Of a stretch of DNA of 64,000 nucleotides, positions 37,532 through 46,528 are shown one piece after another; position 1 is the first letter of the stretch, and the number at the start of each line of letters is the position of its first letter. The position numbers were made by a program, and so were the translations under genes. The stretch spans positions 2,971 through 66,970 of IMG/VR virus record IMGVR_UViG_3300027971_000051; one strand, given 5' to 3'. The notes under the pieces are model-generated. The model was not told the origin of the DNA. It made no database searches and worked only from the letters and a program-made list of their open reading frames with translations. The DNA comes from a virus. Taxonomy: Duplodnaviria > Caudoviricetes.

Positions 37532-37629
37532 ATCACTGGTGCGTGGCAATCGGATTTCTCAAAGCGAGAAATACTCTGCCACGTAATTGGCATATAATTT
37601 CTTGCTGAGAGTTTCGAAATTAAATTCAT
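37513..37629 (-). CDS. putative attenuator leader peptide containing all 20 amino acids
   Basis: MNLISKLSARNYMPITWQSISRFEKSDCHAPVMGACYT*; ATG is 1 nt after the upstream stop; last codons overlap the antiterminator strand. Confidence 0.75.
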   Translation of the reverse strand: MNLISKLSARNYMPITWQSISRFEKSDCHAPVMGACYT

Positions 37630-37630
37630 T

Positions 37631-37915
37631 TTAGAGTACCGTTTCTTTCGTATAAATGTTAGACCATTTCTGGAGTTTTTCTTTTTTCTTTCGTGATGCG
37701 TTATCTACTTCATCAATATTAATAATACCTGTTTCAATCATCAATTGAATCATGCAAAATAAATCACCAACTTCTTCTGTCAATCGTTCACGATTAGATG
37801 CGCCATTATGTTGTGCATGTAATCCAAATCGAAAAACCTTACTGATTGCCTGTGTCACTTCTGCACATTCTTCCTGTGCAATCAATAAAATTTCTTTCTC
37901 ATTCGCATTAATCAT
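37631..37915 (-). CDS. MazG-like NTP pyrophosphohydrolase
   Basis: QEECAEVTQAISK..RFG..LTEEVGDL motif. Confidence 0.8.
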   Translation of the reverse strand: MINANEKEILLIAQEECAEVTQAISKVFRFGLHAQHNGASNRERLTEEVGDLFCMIQLMIETGIINIDEVDNASRKKKEKLQKWSNIYTKETVL

Positions 37916-37944
37916 TATCCAAACCTTTTCTCAATTCATAAAAT

Positions 37945-38142
37945 GCTCTGCGAACCTCGGCGGTAATTATAGAACATCAAGATATGACGCTATCATACCC
38001 ATCACACGTTCCTTCCACCCGCTTCCCGACAGATTCCGTTCTCGCATTGCCAGCGGCCTTTCGGTTCAAAGACTACCACCCGTAGTTGTCACGCTACTTC
38101 TCATCCTGTGGGTCACAGTATCTGGTGACTAGCCAGAACGTT
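37945..38142 (-). ncRNA. candidate structured ncRNA C (about 200 nt)
   Basis: GC-rich intergenic segment with TCTGG/CCAGA, GTAG/CTAC and CC-GAAA-GG hairpins; no credible minus-strand ORF. Confidence 0.55.
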
Positions 38143-38144
38143 CT

Positions 38145-38447
38145 TTACATATTCTGAATGAATTGCTTCACCAAGAATCGTTTCACTTCCCATGCGTTAG
38201 TCATTCGCACAGTCTTTTCTTTACTATTCAATCTGTATGTAATATATAGCCTTTTCGGAGCAGAAATTACCACAGCACCAAAAATATTTTTACTGAGTCC
38301 AAATGGTATCACATAAGCATCACCGTTGTCAAGTTTTTTCTTGGCATAACCATTAGCACCTTTGATTTTATCAAGACCACCAAATCGAACTGTATCTAAA
38401 ATTTCAACAGCCATCGATTGTCGTGGACCCATACCATCAATATACAT
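38145..38447 (-). CDS. hypothetical protein
   Basis: ORF from MYIDG overlapping the upstream stop. Confidence 0.6.
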   Translation of the reverse strand: MYIDGMGPRQSMAVEILDTVRFGGLDKIKGANGYAKKKLDNGDAYVIPFGLSKNIFGAVVISAPKRLYITYRLNSKEKTVRMTNAWEVKRFLVKQFIQNM

Positions 38448-38580
38448 ACTGTTCCTTATGCTTTGGTTCTCTCTTACGCTTGTCTGTAACCACACGCATA
38501 CGATACTTAGGGCTACGCAAGTCCTTCGCTACCATATTACGTGGTTTTGTTTTCGACAATTTAAAATTCAGGCTCTCCAT
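38437..38580 (-). CDS. small basic conserved phage protein
   Basis: KPRNMVAKDLRSPKYRMRVV..K..PKHK motif. Confidence 0.65.
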   Translation of the reverse strand: MESLNFKLSKTKPRNMVAKDLRSPKYRMRVVTDKRKREPKHKEQYVY

Positions 38581-38797
38581 AACTTCCGTAATCCTCATCG
38601 GTTCCATATCCTGCTGAAGCCATAGCGGAATCAAAATCTCCGTCCATGCTTTCATTATACTCTGCATCCATAAAACTTTCAACAAAACCATTCACTAATT
38701 CGACTGGTATATTAAGCATCATCGCAATGGTAGATTCTTCATAACCTTTTACATACAACTCTTCAATCTCCAACGCCAACTCGCCCATTTTACTCAT
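38561..38797 (-). CDS. hypothetical protein
   Basis: MDGDFDSAMASAGYGTDEDYG acidic motif common in phages. Confidence 0.7.
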   Translation of the reverse strand: MSKMGELALEIEELYVKGYEESTIAMMLNIPVELVNGFVESFMDAEYNESMDGDFDSAMASAGYGTDEDYGSYGEPEF

Positions 38798-39138
38798 GCT
38801 AGTTCCTTTTGTTTATCCAAAACTTCTTGATACGTCATTGTAGGTTCTTTGCTGGTGATAACACCATCAAACTCCAACTGAGATTTTTCGAACCATGAAA
38901 GATAATCATCACTTTCAATGGACCAATCGATCATAGTCTCACGATTATATTCATTGTCCGTTTCGATACCAGTCAACGCAAATTTGACTAACTCATTATA
39001 GTCCACATTAAGCGGAATGTCAAGTATCTTATACTCACAACCGCCTTTTGCTTTCCAATACTGTGGACACTCACCCACACCATCCCAATCATGTGCGCCA
39101 TAATTTTCGTGATATTGGGTAGAGATAACTATCATCAT
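38794..39138 (-). CDS. conserved hypothetical phage protein
   Basis: TQYHENYGAHDWDGVGECPQYWKAKGG. Confidence 0.75.
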   Translation of the reverse strand: MMIVISTQYHENYGAHDWDGVGECPQYWKAKGGCEYKILDIPLNVDYNELVKFALTGIETDNEYNRETMIDWSIESDDYLSWFEKSQLEFDGVITSKEPTMTYQEVLDKQKELA

Positions 39139-39426
39139 GTTATTTATTCCTTAAAACCTAAATTGAATTCCATCATCAACATTTTGGCAATATTGATATA
39201 CTGCCGTGCATCATTTAAACCACGCTCGGTACCAGACTGCATCACTTCCTGTGCATCGGAAAGATAACTTGCAATTATCATGCCGGGACCAGAAAATTTG
39301 AAACTAATTGAATCCGTAACGGACTCAAGGATTTCGGATTTCGTAGCACCATATGCTTGGATTTCCCAGAGGGTTTGTTCATTCGCTGTTCGCATTTCAA
39401 TGTCCTTTATCAACTCAACAGACTCT

Positions 39427-39488
39427 AGTTTAACAGGTTGGGTGGGTAAGTCAACAACTATTTTTGGTAGTGTTGTTATTCTGCAACA
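39427..39488 (-). promoter_or_regulatory. early promoter cassette with palindrome
   Basis: TTGACT-N16-TAAACT; TGTTG-N8-CAACA at 39471-39488. Confidence 0.8.
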
Positions 39489-40196
39489 GGTGCAAACATC
39501 TTGCGACCATCGACCATGAACCGTTCAAAGGCTTCCATCACTCGTTCGGAGTAAATCATCTTACCTTCTTTTTGGATATCTTGCAACAACTCCAAGAAAC
39601 CCAAACCCAAAAACTCACGTTCTTTATTCAGAATACCAATTGCTGTTTCGATTTTCATATTAAGCACCATAAAAGTCAGAAGTAAAACCACAAGCATTAT
39701 AGACACACTCACGAACTTCGGTGTCCATCGCCTCACCAAATTTGCTATAGTCAGATTTCGCTAACATGTTAAGACACTTATAAGTCTGTGGCCATGTCAG
39801 GTTCATTGTAATTGCAGTAACGACAACACCGTGAACGGCTAAGTTACCAACTTCGCTAAACATTCCGTAGGAGATATCTATAGTCAATGTAGTCATTTTA
39901 TTTCCTTAAATCAAATCAATCTGAACTTGCATACCACGGGTTGTATAACCCAAACCAGTTGGAACCAACTCGTTATCTTTTTTAGCCATGTAACGCATAT
40001 AAGACAATTTCAACAATGCATCACAAGCGGCGGCACTATGAGTGGCGGTAGCAAAGGTACCACACACACCACCTACAGTAGTGTAGACACCAAATCCGTC
40101 AAACATCACACGGATTTTTTGTGAATTCTTAAAGCCGTCAATAAAAGTCTTAGTACGCATATCAAATTTCCTTATTTCTCAATCACTACAGAATCT

Positions 40197-40258
40197 ATTC
40201 TACTCTCTTCGGCAGAAAAGTCAACAACTATTTTTCAAGTTGTTGCTTTTTTGCAACA
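40197..40258 (-). promoter_or_regulatory. early promoter cassette with palindrome
   Basis: TTGACT-N16-TAGAAT; TGTTG-N8-CAACA at 40241-40258. Confidence 0.8.
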
Positions 40259-40259
40259 A

Positions 40260-40613
40260 TCACAGATAGTGAGGACCCATCCACTGGATTGAATATCCAC
40301 CGTCCAGAATGTTACCACGGGCGGCGTTACGTGCAGGAGCCGCCCAACCAGCCGCTTTCAGAATGTCGCCTTTACGGAATTTTTTGTCCGTATCAGTTTT
40401 CACAATGAAACCCCAAACCGAGGAACCAGTAACAATCTTGATGTACTTGCTACCTTCATCAATCCGAATTCCGTTGATAAACTCGTCAAGCATCCGTGCT
40501 TGGATTTCGGTGCGAGGTTTACCGCTTAGTGTCTGCCAACTTTCATAATCGGCAACAATGTCATTCTTCAAGGTTTCTAGTGCTTCGTACATCATTTTCA
40601 TTTCCTTTATCAA
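40260..40613 (-). CDS. conserved T4-like hypothetical protein
   Basis: KYIKIV..SVWGFIV..GDILKAAGWAAPARN.ARGNI. Confidence 0.8.
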   Translation of the reverse strand: MIKEMKMMYEALETLKNDIVADYESWQTLSGKPRTEIQARMLDEFINGIRIDEGSKYIKIVTGSSVWGFIVKTDTDKKFRKGDILKAAGWAAPARNAARGNILDGGYSIQWMGPHYL

Positions 40614-40742
40614 TTAACCGAGGGTTTTAACAGAACCGCCAACTGCGGCACCGAACAGAACCATCGCAACAAACAAACCCATCAAAATCGCTAAAATCGT
40701 AATCATTTAAATCTCCAATCAATCTCACTCACTACAGAATCT

Positions 40743-40822
40743 ATTATACAGGTACTGGTGGGCAAGTCAACGGTTATTTTGGCTTTGTGTGAAAATACAA
40801 CACTTGTGGGGAAAAAACAACA
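40743..40822 (-). promoter_or_regulatory. early promoter cassette with degenerate tandem palindromes
   Basis: TTGACT-N16-TATAAT; two AAAA..CAACA boxes. Confidence 0.75.
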
Positions 40823-40913
40823 GCCCTAGAACCGATTTTGGGCGGTTTCTAGGGCTGTGGAGGGGTGTCAGTACACTAGACGGTCAAAACCGTCCTAGAA
40901 GGCGGTTTTAGGC
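40822..40913. repeat. GC-rich stem-loop repeat element
   Basis: agccctagaaccg..cggtttctagggct and aaaaccgtc..ggcggtttt hairpins; homologous to the copies at 21127 and 25646. Confidence 0.7.
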
Positions 40914-41510
40914 GTCTTCTTCGGCTTCATCCTCGTCCTGTGGGAGGGTTTCGCCACGTTCTAATCGATGGGTGTCGCACAATGTTGAAATCCATCCGTA
41001 GTTATTTGAACGACCAGGACTGCCACACACTTCGCATGTGCGATATGACATGGACTCTGCCATTGAAATCATTGCACTAATTCCATCAGTATATCCATTC
41101 GTATAAAATCGTAATCCACCAAACTTTTCTTTCACTTGACTTGCTGTGATGTATGGCATAAGTGGAGGAACTTCTTTGTACTCTGCCCTTTCAATTGCTT
41201 TGTTTGCATATTCGATTCCAAATGAAGTTGGTTCTGTTTTGCTACCAAAACTAAAATGCATTTGAAGTGGACGTACATCTCCAGCCAATGCACGTTTTAA
41301 CGCACGATTAAATTTCAATGCATTTGCACGATTTTTGCGTTTGTGGTCCACATGATGTTGAATGTTTGAACACAATGCATCAACAATGTTGTACCAACCA
41401 TCACCACATTCAAAACCCCAACACATAGCAGTATGTGTCATTGGCGCATGACGATACTTAAAAATCTTTGGGTATTTTGCTACTAGTGCTTCATCCAATT
41501 CTTTTTTCAT
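40908..41510 (-). CDS. conserved hypothetical protein
   Basis: GFECGDGWY, QVKEKFGGLRFY and CEVCG.PG motifs. Confidence 0.8.
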   Translation of the reverse strand: MKKELDEALVAKYPKIFKYRHAPMTHTAMCWGFECGDGWYNIVDALCSNIQHHVDHKRKNRANALKFNRALKRALAGDVRPLQMHFSFGSKTEPTSFGIEYANKAIERAEYKEVPPLMPYITASQVKEKFGGLRFYTNGYTDGISAMISMAESMSYRTCEVCGSPGRSNNYGWISTLCDTHRLERGETLPQDEDEAEEDA

Positions 41511-41719
41511 AATATACTTTTGTAAGTTATTTTATTTTGTCAAATTCTTCAAATTCATCCCACTCATCTTCGGCAAGATTTTTGGGGTCGATAAACTTTG
41601 TCTGATGCTTGAACTTGTCTTTTTGTTTTTTAGATTCGTTCAACTTCGGTTTCCTTGCTCTGCCTTCGTCTTCATAGAAGTCACGGAAACTTGAATATTT
41701 CTTTGTTTTGGCCATTTTG

Positions 41720-42163
41720 TTACTCTGACTCTCCCTGCAAAATTTCGGGCAACGCTTCTTCGATTAGTTTTCGATTGATGCCTTTGTAAGTAAGTTTTTT
41801 TTCTTTCATCATCAAAACCAATTTGGCTTCTTCTGGTGAAACGCTCTCTAGAACCTCAATAAACATTGCTTCCCGTTTGATGGGATTCAAATTATTTCCA
41901 GTTATAAAATACTGAAACTTTCTTAACTCTCTAGGCAATCTATTGTGCCCCCAATTTGCTGGAGTCTCCATCTCTTTATATGGAGGAGCACCTTTGGGTA
42001 ACTCAAACTGTATATTCTTATGAAATGTATATTTGAGGACAGTTTTCAATTCTGGTGTCAAATTTGCAATTTGCTTCAATGCACTTGCTTTCTTTGCCGC
42101 AGGCAAATCTCCGATATGCTGTAGCAACTCGGGCAAAGTCATCTTATCAATATTAATAGCCAT
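41720..42163 (-). CDS. conserved T4-like hypothetical protein
   Basis: LPKGAPPYK..KREAMFIEVLESV.PEEA; adjacent to rnh. Confidence 0.75.
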   Translation of the reverse strand: MAINIDKMTLPELLQHIGDLPAAKKASALKQIANLTPELKTVLKYTFHKNIQFELPKGAPPYKEMETPANWGHNRLPRELRKFQYFITGNNLNPIKREAMFIEVLESVSPEEAKLVLMMKEKKLTYKGINRKLIEEALPEILQGESE

Positions 42164-42164
42164 T

Positions 42165-43031
42165 TTAAAATTCCTGTATATGTTCCATCAACTGCTTCAT
42201 GCGGTTTTGGATAAAATAGTTAAGTAGTTTTTCCCTACCACGTTTAGGGGTATTTTCGTATGCATCAAGAATCTTCTCTTGATACTCAGTTGGAATCTTC
42301 GACAGGTCAATCAGTAATTCGTTTCGCTTGTAATTTCTCAGCATCACTTCATCACAAAAAGACTCAGGTTCTTCTTCTAACCACTTATTTAGCTTTTTTT
42401 CAGTTACAGGTTTTTGTCGTGCTTCTACGACAAATGTGTCATCGGAAGACATGAAGTTGGGAATACCGTCACTTCTATCGCCTCTGATAATGTGTTCTTT
42501 TAAGAATGCTTCTGGTGTATTGGTACGCAAGAATTTCTTACCCATTGGGCTATATTGTTCCACATTAGCGAACTTCTGCAATTGCATAAAGTCTTTGTCG
42601 CTAGACAGAATCAGAATCTTTTCAGTAGTGCTGTTCTTAAGTGGAACACCGAACTTGTGTGTCAACGTAGCAATAACGTCATCGGCTTCAGTCTTGTCAA
42701 CTTGAATCACTTTATACGGAAAGTATTCTTTGATTTCATCACGTACTTTGTTTAACGTTTCAAAAATTAGATTCCAATCAAACGGAGATGCTTCTCTGTC
42801 TTTCTTACGGCTAGCTTTGTAGTATGGAAAGTAATCACGCCTCCAATACTTTTTGTCATCGCAACAAATAACAATGTCGCCGTAGTCATCACGGAATTTA
42901 ACATTGTACATGCGAATGCTATTCAATACCATGTGACGAATCAGATTCTCATCAATAGGGTTTGACGCATTCGAATTCACTTGCATCATCAAGTTTGAAA
43001 TCATTACCTGATTCAGGTCGACTAAAATCAT
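42165..43031 (-). CDS. rnh: T4-type RNase H / 5'-3' exonuclease
   Basis: MILVDLNQ, YWRRDYFPYYKA.R, EADD, SSDKDF.QL and GDRSDGIPN motifs. Confidence 0.95.
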   Translation of the reverse strand: MILVDLNQVMISNLMMQVNSNASNPIDENLIRHMVLNSIRMYNVKFRDDYGDIVICCDDKKYWRRDYFPYYKASRKKDREASPFDWNLIFETLNKVRDEIKEYFPYKVIQVDKTEADDVIATLTHKFGVPLKNSTTEKILILSSDKDFMQLQKFANVEQYSPMGKKFLRTNTPEAFLKEHIIRGDRSDGIPNFMSSDDTFVVEARQKPVTEKKLNKWLEEEPESFCDEVMLRNYKRNELLIDLSKIPTEYQEKILDAYENTPKRGREKLLNYFIQNRMKQLMEHIQEF

Positions 43032-43037
43032 TTTAAA

Positions 43038-44159
43038 TTATCCAGTTATTACTCTTACAATAATTGTATCAGGATTAATACGTCCTGTCAACTCGGAAGG
43101 CTTGGTAGTCAATCCATCCAATAACTTCTTCAATACAATCTTACCGCCATCAAGTACTTGCTTAACAGTCACTTCAGGCTTACGCAAACGTTTGCCAGAA
43201 GACGATTCTGTATTGAAGTTTTGAATTGTTGTACCTTTGATTGTCAAACCTTTTGCATTGTCGGCATTGTACATGCCAAGCAATTTTGTTTTTGTATTGT
43301 ACAACCACACTTGATTTGCACCGATAATCTTTTCTGGTAGAACACTCTTCAAATTCAATTCGGGAAACTCTTTCATGTATTGCACTTTAGCGGCAATGAC
43401 ACTAGCAGGTTTCTCTTTTACTTTACGTGCTTTGCGGGTGGGTTTCTTTTCTGCACCACGATTTGTTTCTGCAACAATCGCATCATAGAATTCTTTAACC
43501 TTACGCAATTGCACTTTGGTAAAATTAGAATATGCTTCTTTTGTATCTGCATCCGTTGCATTCATTACTTCTTCAAATTCTTTAGAACGTTTAATGAACA
43601 CTTCACACATGCGTTTCTGCACAACGGAAGACAACTCTTTGCTCTTCAGATATGATTGCATATCTGGTGCAGACTTACATCCACCAACAATGAAGTCATC
43701 TACAAGTCCTTCAATCTCTCCGACTTCTTCAGCCGCTTTCTCACGAATTCTATCCTGAATAGAAACGACTGGTGCAGTTGATGCAACAACAGGTGCTTTT
43801 GCTTTTTTAGTTTTCTTTGCGGTCTCTATAGCAGTCTTAAACTCTTTGACAAAGAATTTTTTGAATGACTCGGATGGTTCATAGCCCATGCACATCATAC
43901 GTGCTACCCAACCAAGTTGTACTGGAATAGATGCGTCACTTGATGCAACCAAAGAAATTTCTTCCTTTGGTCTGTCAATGCTAGCCATGTATTCGACAAC
44001 AAACGTTTTTGCTTGTTTGTTGTCACAAAAATAATTATACCAATTCAATGCACGAATTTCTTCGCTTCTGAGATTTTGCATCTCGGCTTGATTGGTCCAA
44101 GAAGGTTCCATGCCATATGCTTTTGCATCGGCACCAGGATTAATCTTGGAAAATTTCAT
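43038..44159 (-). CDS. conserved T4-like hypothetical protein
   Basis: ALNWYNY..LKSV.PEKIIGA..KGTTI..LRKP..GRIN.DTII. Confidence 0.8.
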   Translation of the reverse strand: MKFSKINPGADAKAYGMEPSWTNQAEMQNLRSEEIRALNWYNYFCDNKQAKTFVVEYMASIDRPKEEISLVASSDASIPVQLGWVARMMCMGYEPSESFKKFFVKEFKTAIETAKKTKKAKAPVVASTAPVVSIQDRIREKAAEEVGEIEGLVDDFIVGGCKSAPDMQSYLKSKELSSVVQKRMCEVFIKRSKEFEEVMNATDADTKEAYSNFTKVQLRKVKEFYDAIVAETNRGAEKKPTRKARKVKEKPASVIAAKVQYMKEFPELNLKSVLPEKIIGANQVWLYNTKTKLLGMYNADNAKGLTIKGTTIQNFNTESSSGKRLRKPEVTVKQVLDGGKIVLKKLLDGLTTKPSELTGRINPDTIIVRVITG

Positions 44160-44162
44160 AGT

Positions 44163-44495
44163 TTATTCACCCAATGTAAATGATACAGATTTGATAGAAT
44201 CGTAGCGGAATGAACGCCATTCGTTTTTCTCTAAGTCAACTACAGAGATAGACTCATCAGTTGAAGTGGTGCGAACACGTTCGGTTTTCTTTTCGTATGT
44301 TGGAATTGCACTCTCTTGCAATGTGCATTTCATGGTACGCATTGTACCGTCTTTCTTAAGAAAGTCAACAGTCACAGGACCGTATTTGAGATGGCTAACA
44401 AGCCAATCACGAAATAGTTTTTGTTCTTTTGGTGTAGTTGTTGCATAATTAAAAGTTGTCATATCAAAATTCTCCATGTTAAAAATATCTTTCAT
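44163..44495 (-). CDS. WYL_2 / Sm-like SH3 beta-barrel protein
   Basis: VDFLKKDGTMRTMKCTL..VVDLEKNEWRSFR. Confidence 0.75.
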   Translation of the reverse strand: MKDIFNMENFDMTTFNYATTTPKEQKLFRDWLVSHLKYGPVTVDFLKKDGTMRTMKCTLQESAIPTYEKKTERVRTTSTDESISVVDLEKNEWRSFRYDSIKSVSFTLGE

Positions 44496-44506
44496 TCAAT
44501 GTCTCT

Positions 44507-44535
44507 AGTATACCTACAATCCGTTCAGTTGTCAA
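44507..44535 (-). promoter_or_regulatory. sigma70 promoter
   Basis: TTGACA-N17-TATACT. Confidence 0.7.
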
Positions 44536-44545
44536 GTTTGCCATG

Positions 44546-44791
44546 CTAACTCTTTTCTATTCTCAACTCATCATAAAGATAATCATGCAATTCATTGATA
44601 CCACCAATATAAGTTAAGTTGTGGTATATGTGTGGAACAAAAGTAGTTCCTGGAATTAGCTTATCCAATTGATCTCTTGTATAGTCTTGTCCTAAGATAA
44701 AAAGTTTATATTTTCGTCTACAAACATTTAAAAGCAATTCTGCTTTTTCGGTAGACTTGCTTCCTATTGCACCATAAACATAGTACGTCAC
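44546..44791 (-). CDS. glutaredoxin-like protein lacking CxxC
   Basis: TFVPHIY..YIGG..L glutaredoxin C-terminal motif; GSKST in place of the active-site Cys. Confidence 0.65.
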   Translation of the reverse strand: MTYYVYGAIGSKSTEKAELLLNVCRRKYKLFILGQDYTRDQLDKLIPGTTFVPHIYHNLTYIGGINELHDYLYDELRIEKS

Positions 44792-45192
44792 GGCGCATTG
44801 TACACCTGCACAAATTCACTTGGTTCATAATGTAGTATTGCAGTTTTTAGTGTACCCTTAAATTCATATGTAACTTGATAGCCTTTAATTACATCATAAT
44901 AATTTTGATGTGTCACAAGATTACATACAGGTCTTGAATCTGTTTCAGTTTTTGCAATTATGGGAGAATTTACAGAAGTACCGCTGTAATGCGTAGTCCC
45001 ATAATATCTCTCACAATAATTTTTTGTTGCCATATATGCTACCTTTTCTACTATAGGTTTTTTTGATATAACCCTTGCCATATAGATTCCACTTTGGGTA
45101 GAAGAATCTTCGACAAGAACAACTCCAGCTTTTGCAATAGATGCAAAAAAAGAAATTGCTATAATACTATGTAGCGCACACAACTTTTTCAT
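44788..45192 (-). CDS. secreted YcfJ-like protein (paralog 1)
   Basis: signal peptide; ARVI..P, two Cys, GYQVTYEFKG. Confidence 0.6.
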   Translation of the reverse strand: MKKLCALHSIIAISFFASIAKAGVVLVEDSSTQSGIYMARVISKKPIVEKVAYMATKNYCERYYGTTHYSGTSVNSPIIAKTETDSRPVCNLVTHQNYYDVIKGYQVTYEFKGTLKTAILHYEPSEFVQVYNAP

Positions 45193-45194
45193 AA

Positions 45195-45647
45195 TTACTG
45201 AATTACGTATACACTAGTAACCGCTTTAATTCTTACTGTATCACCGGGATCGTTTTCCATACGAACTGTACGTATCTGTCCAAAATATTCAAACGTAACG
45301 TCATATCCATTAACGACTTGTTTATATTCTCTGTCATTATATGGAACGCAACGTTGAATCATCTTTGATTGTCCCGCACCAACAACGCCTCCAGAGACTG
45401 CTGGAGATGGAGATAAGTCTTCAACTAACGTGCATGATTGGCGAATAACACTATAAACTTTTGAGGTTGTAATGGGCTGAATTCGCACAACTCTAGCTAA
45501 GTCATATTTTACAAAATTATCACCGCTACCTGTGCTATATCCTCCAGTAACTTCTGGAGAAGTATTACGTCCCGACCCATAAAAAGCCTCTGCACTTGAA
45601 TTTGTTATTACGCAAATGCCAAGCAGACTGGCAAGTAAAAGTTTCAC
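45195..45647 (-). CDS. secreted YcfJ-like protein (paralog 2)
   Basis: signal peptide; ARVV..P, two Cys, GYDVTFEY.G..TVRM..DPG. Confidence 0.65.
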   Translation of the reverse strand: MKLLLASLLGICVITNSSAEAFYGSGRNTSPEVTGGYSTGSGDNFVKYDLARVVRIQPITTSKVYSVIRQSCTLVEDLSPSPAVSGGVVGAGQSKMIQRCVPYNDREYKQVVNGYDVTFEYFGQIRTVRMENDPGDTVRIKAVTSVYVIQ

Positions 45648-45891
45648 TTTGAACTCCCCAATAGTGCATTAACTAATGCAGTCAACCAAAACATTGACAT
45701 TACAGTTTCCCATGTCACGGGAATATCCGTAGAAAACAAAGTATTAACTGCACACAATGTAATGTATGAACCTAAAATGTACAATGATATCCAAGCAAAC
45801 AATGCGCCAGCAATAACACCGCCAGTCATTTTTTCTTGTGCGAACGTAAACGGACCGATTTTCATAAAAAACTCCTATTTAATGTTTGTAC

Positions 45892-45920
45892 AGTATAACA
45901 CATCATATCCAATATGTCAA
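45892..45920 (-). promoter_or_regulatory. sigma70 promoter
   Basis: TTGACA-N17-TATACT. Confidence 0.7.
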
Positions 45921-46234
45921 AATGTATTTAACGATGGTTCATATTCGGCAATCAATTCTCGTTCACGCTGGTGTGCAGGTTTACGCCCACGGATCACTTC
46001 GACAACTTCATATTGCCAATTTGCACCAGCCAACTCACGCAATGCATTACACATTGCCCAATTTTTGTTTTCACACTTAGCACGACTCACATGTTTTTGC
46101 CAACGGATTTTAACCGAACGCAAATAGGCTTGACCCTGTGCAACAGTCAAGCCAACATATGTATCGCCAGTATCAACGCATGTAACTTTGTACAGTACAT
46201 GGTTTCGGTCGCAACGTTTCTTTCTCAATGTCAT
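45917..46234 (-). CDS. small GIY-YIG nuclease-domain protein
   Basis: VLY..TGDTYVGLT..RWQKH..E.ELI..PSLN. Confidence 0.75.
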   Translation of the reverse strand: MTLRKKRCDRNHVLYKVTCVDTGDTYVGLTVAQGQAYLRSVKIRWQKHVSRAKCENKNWAMCNALRELAGANWQYEVVEVIRGRKPAHQRERELIAEYEPSLNTF

Positions 46235-46240
46235 ATAGAC

Positions 46241-46301
46241 AGTATACCATACTGGGACAGCAGGTCAAGGGTTATTTTGGCTTTGTTGCTCAAAAACAAC
46301 A
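46241..46301 (-). promoter_or_regulatory. early promoter cassette with palindrome
   Basis: TTGACC-N16-TATACT; TGTTG-N8-CAACA at 46284-46301. Confidence 0.75.
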
Positions 46302-46377
46302 AAAATCCCCCTCTGAAACGTGTCAAAAACTTGGTTTACCATAAATATGTTGTCAAGTCCTAGGGAGGATAATAGTT

Positions 46378-46527
46378 ATGGACATTGTAGAGATACTTTT
46401 AAAAGCATGGCCAGTATTCTTAGCATTCATTACTTTAGTCATAGTTTTGGCTAAAATGGACGTGCGAATCGGGGTATTAGAAGAAAAAGTCAAATCATTA
46501 TTCGATTTGCATAACAAAGGAAAATAA
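46378..46527 (+). CDS. small membrane/coiled-coil protein (49 aa)
   Basis: GGAGG RBS; MDIVEILLKAWPVFLAFITLVIVLAKMDVRIGVLEEKVKSLFDLHNKGK*. Confidence 0.75.
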   Translation: MDIVEILLKAWPVFLAFITLVIVLAKMDVRIGVLEEKVKSLFDLHNKGK

Positions 46528-46528
46528 A

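Noticed and set aside
37420-37608. Plus-strand 62-aa ORF across the attenuator
   Set aside because: It is antisense to the whole region with a non-ATG start; the minus-strand leader ORF fits the terminator orientation.
45917-46234. Mobile homing endonuclease
   Set aside because: It has only a 105-aa GIY-YIG-like domain with no DNA-binding extension or intron context, so mobility is not supported.
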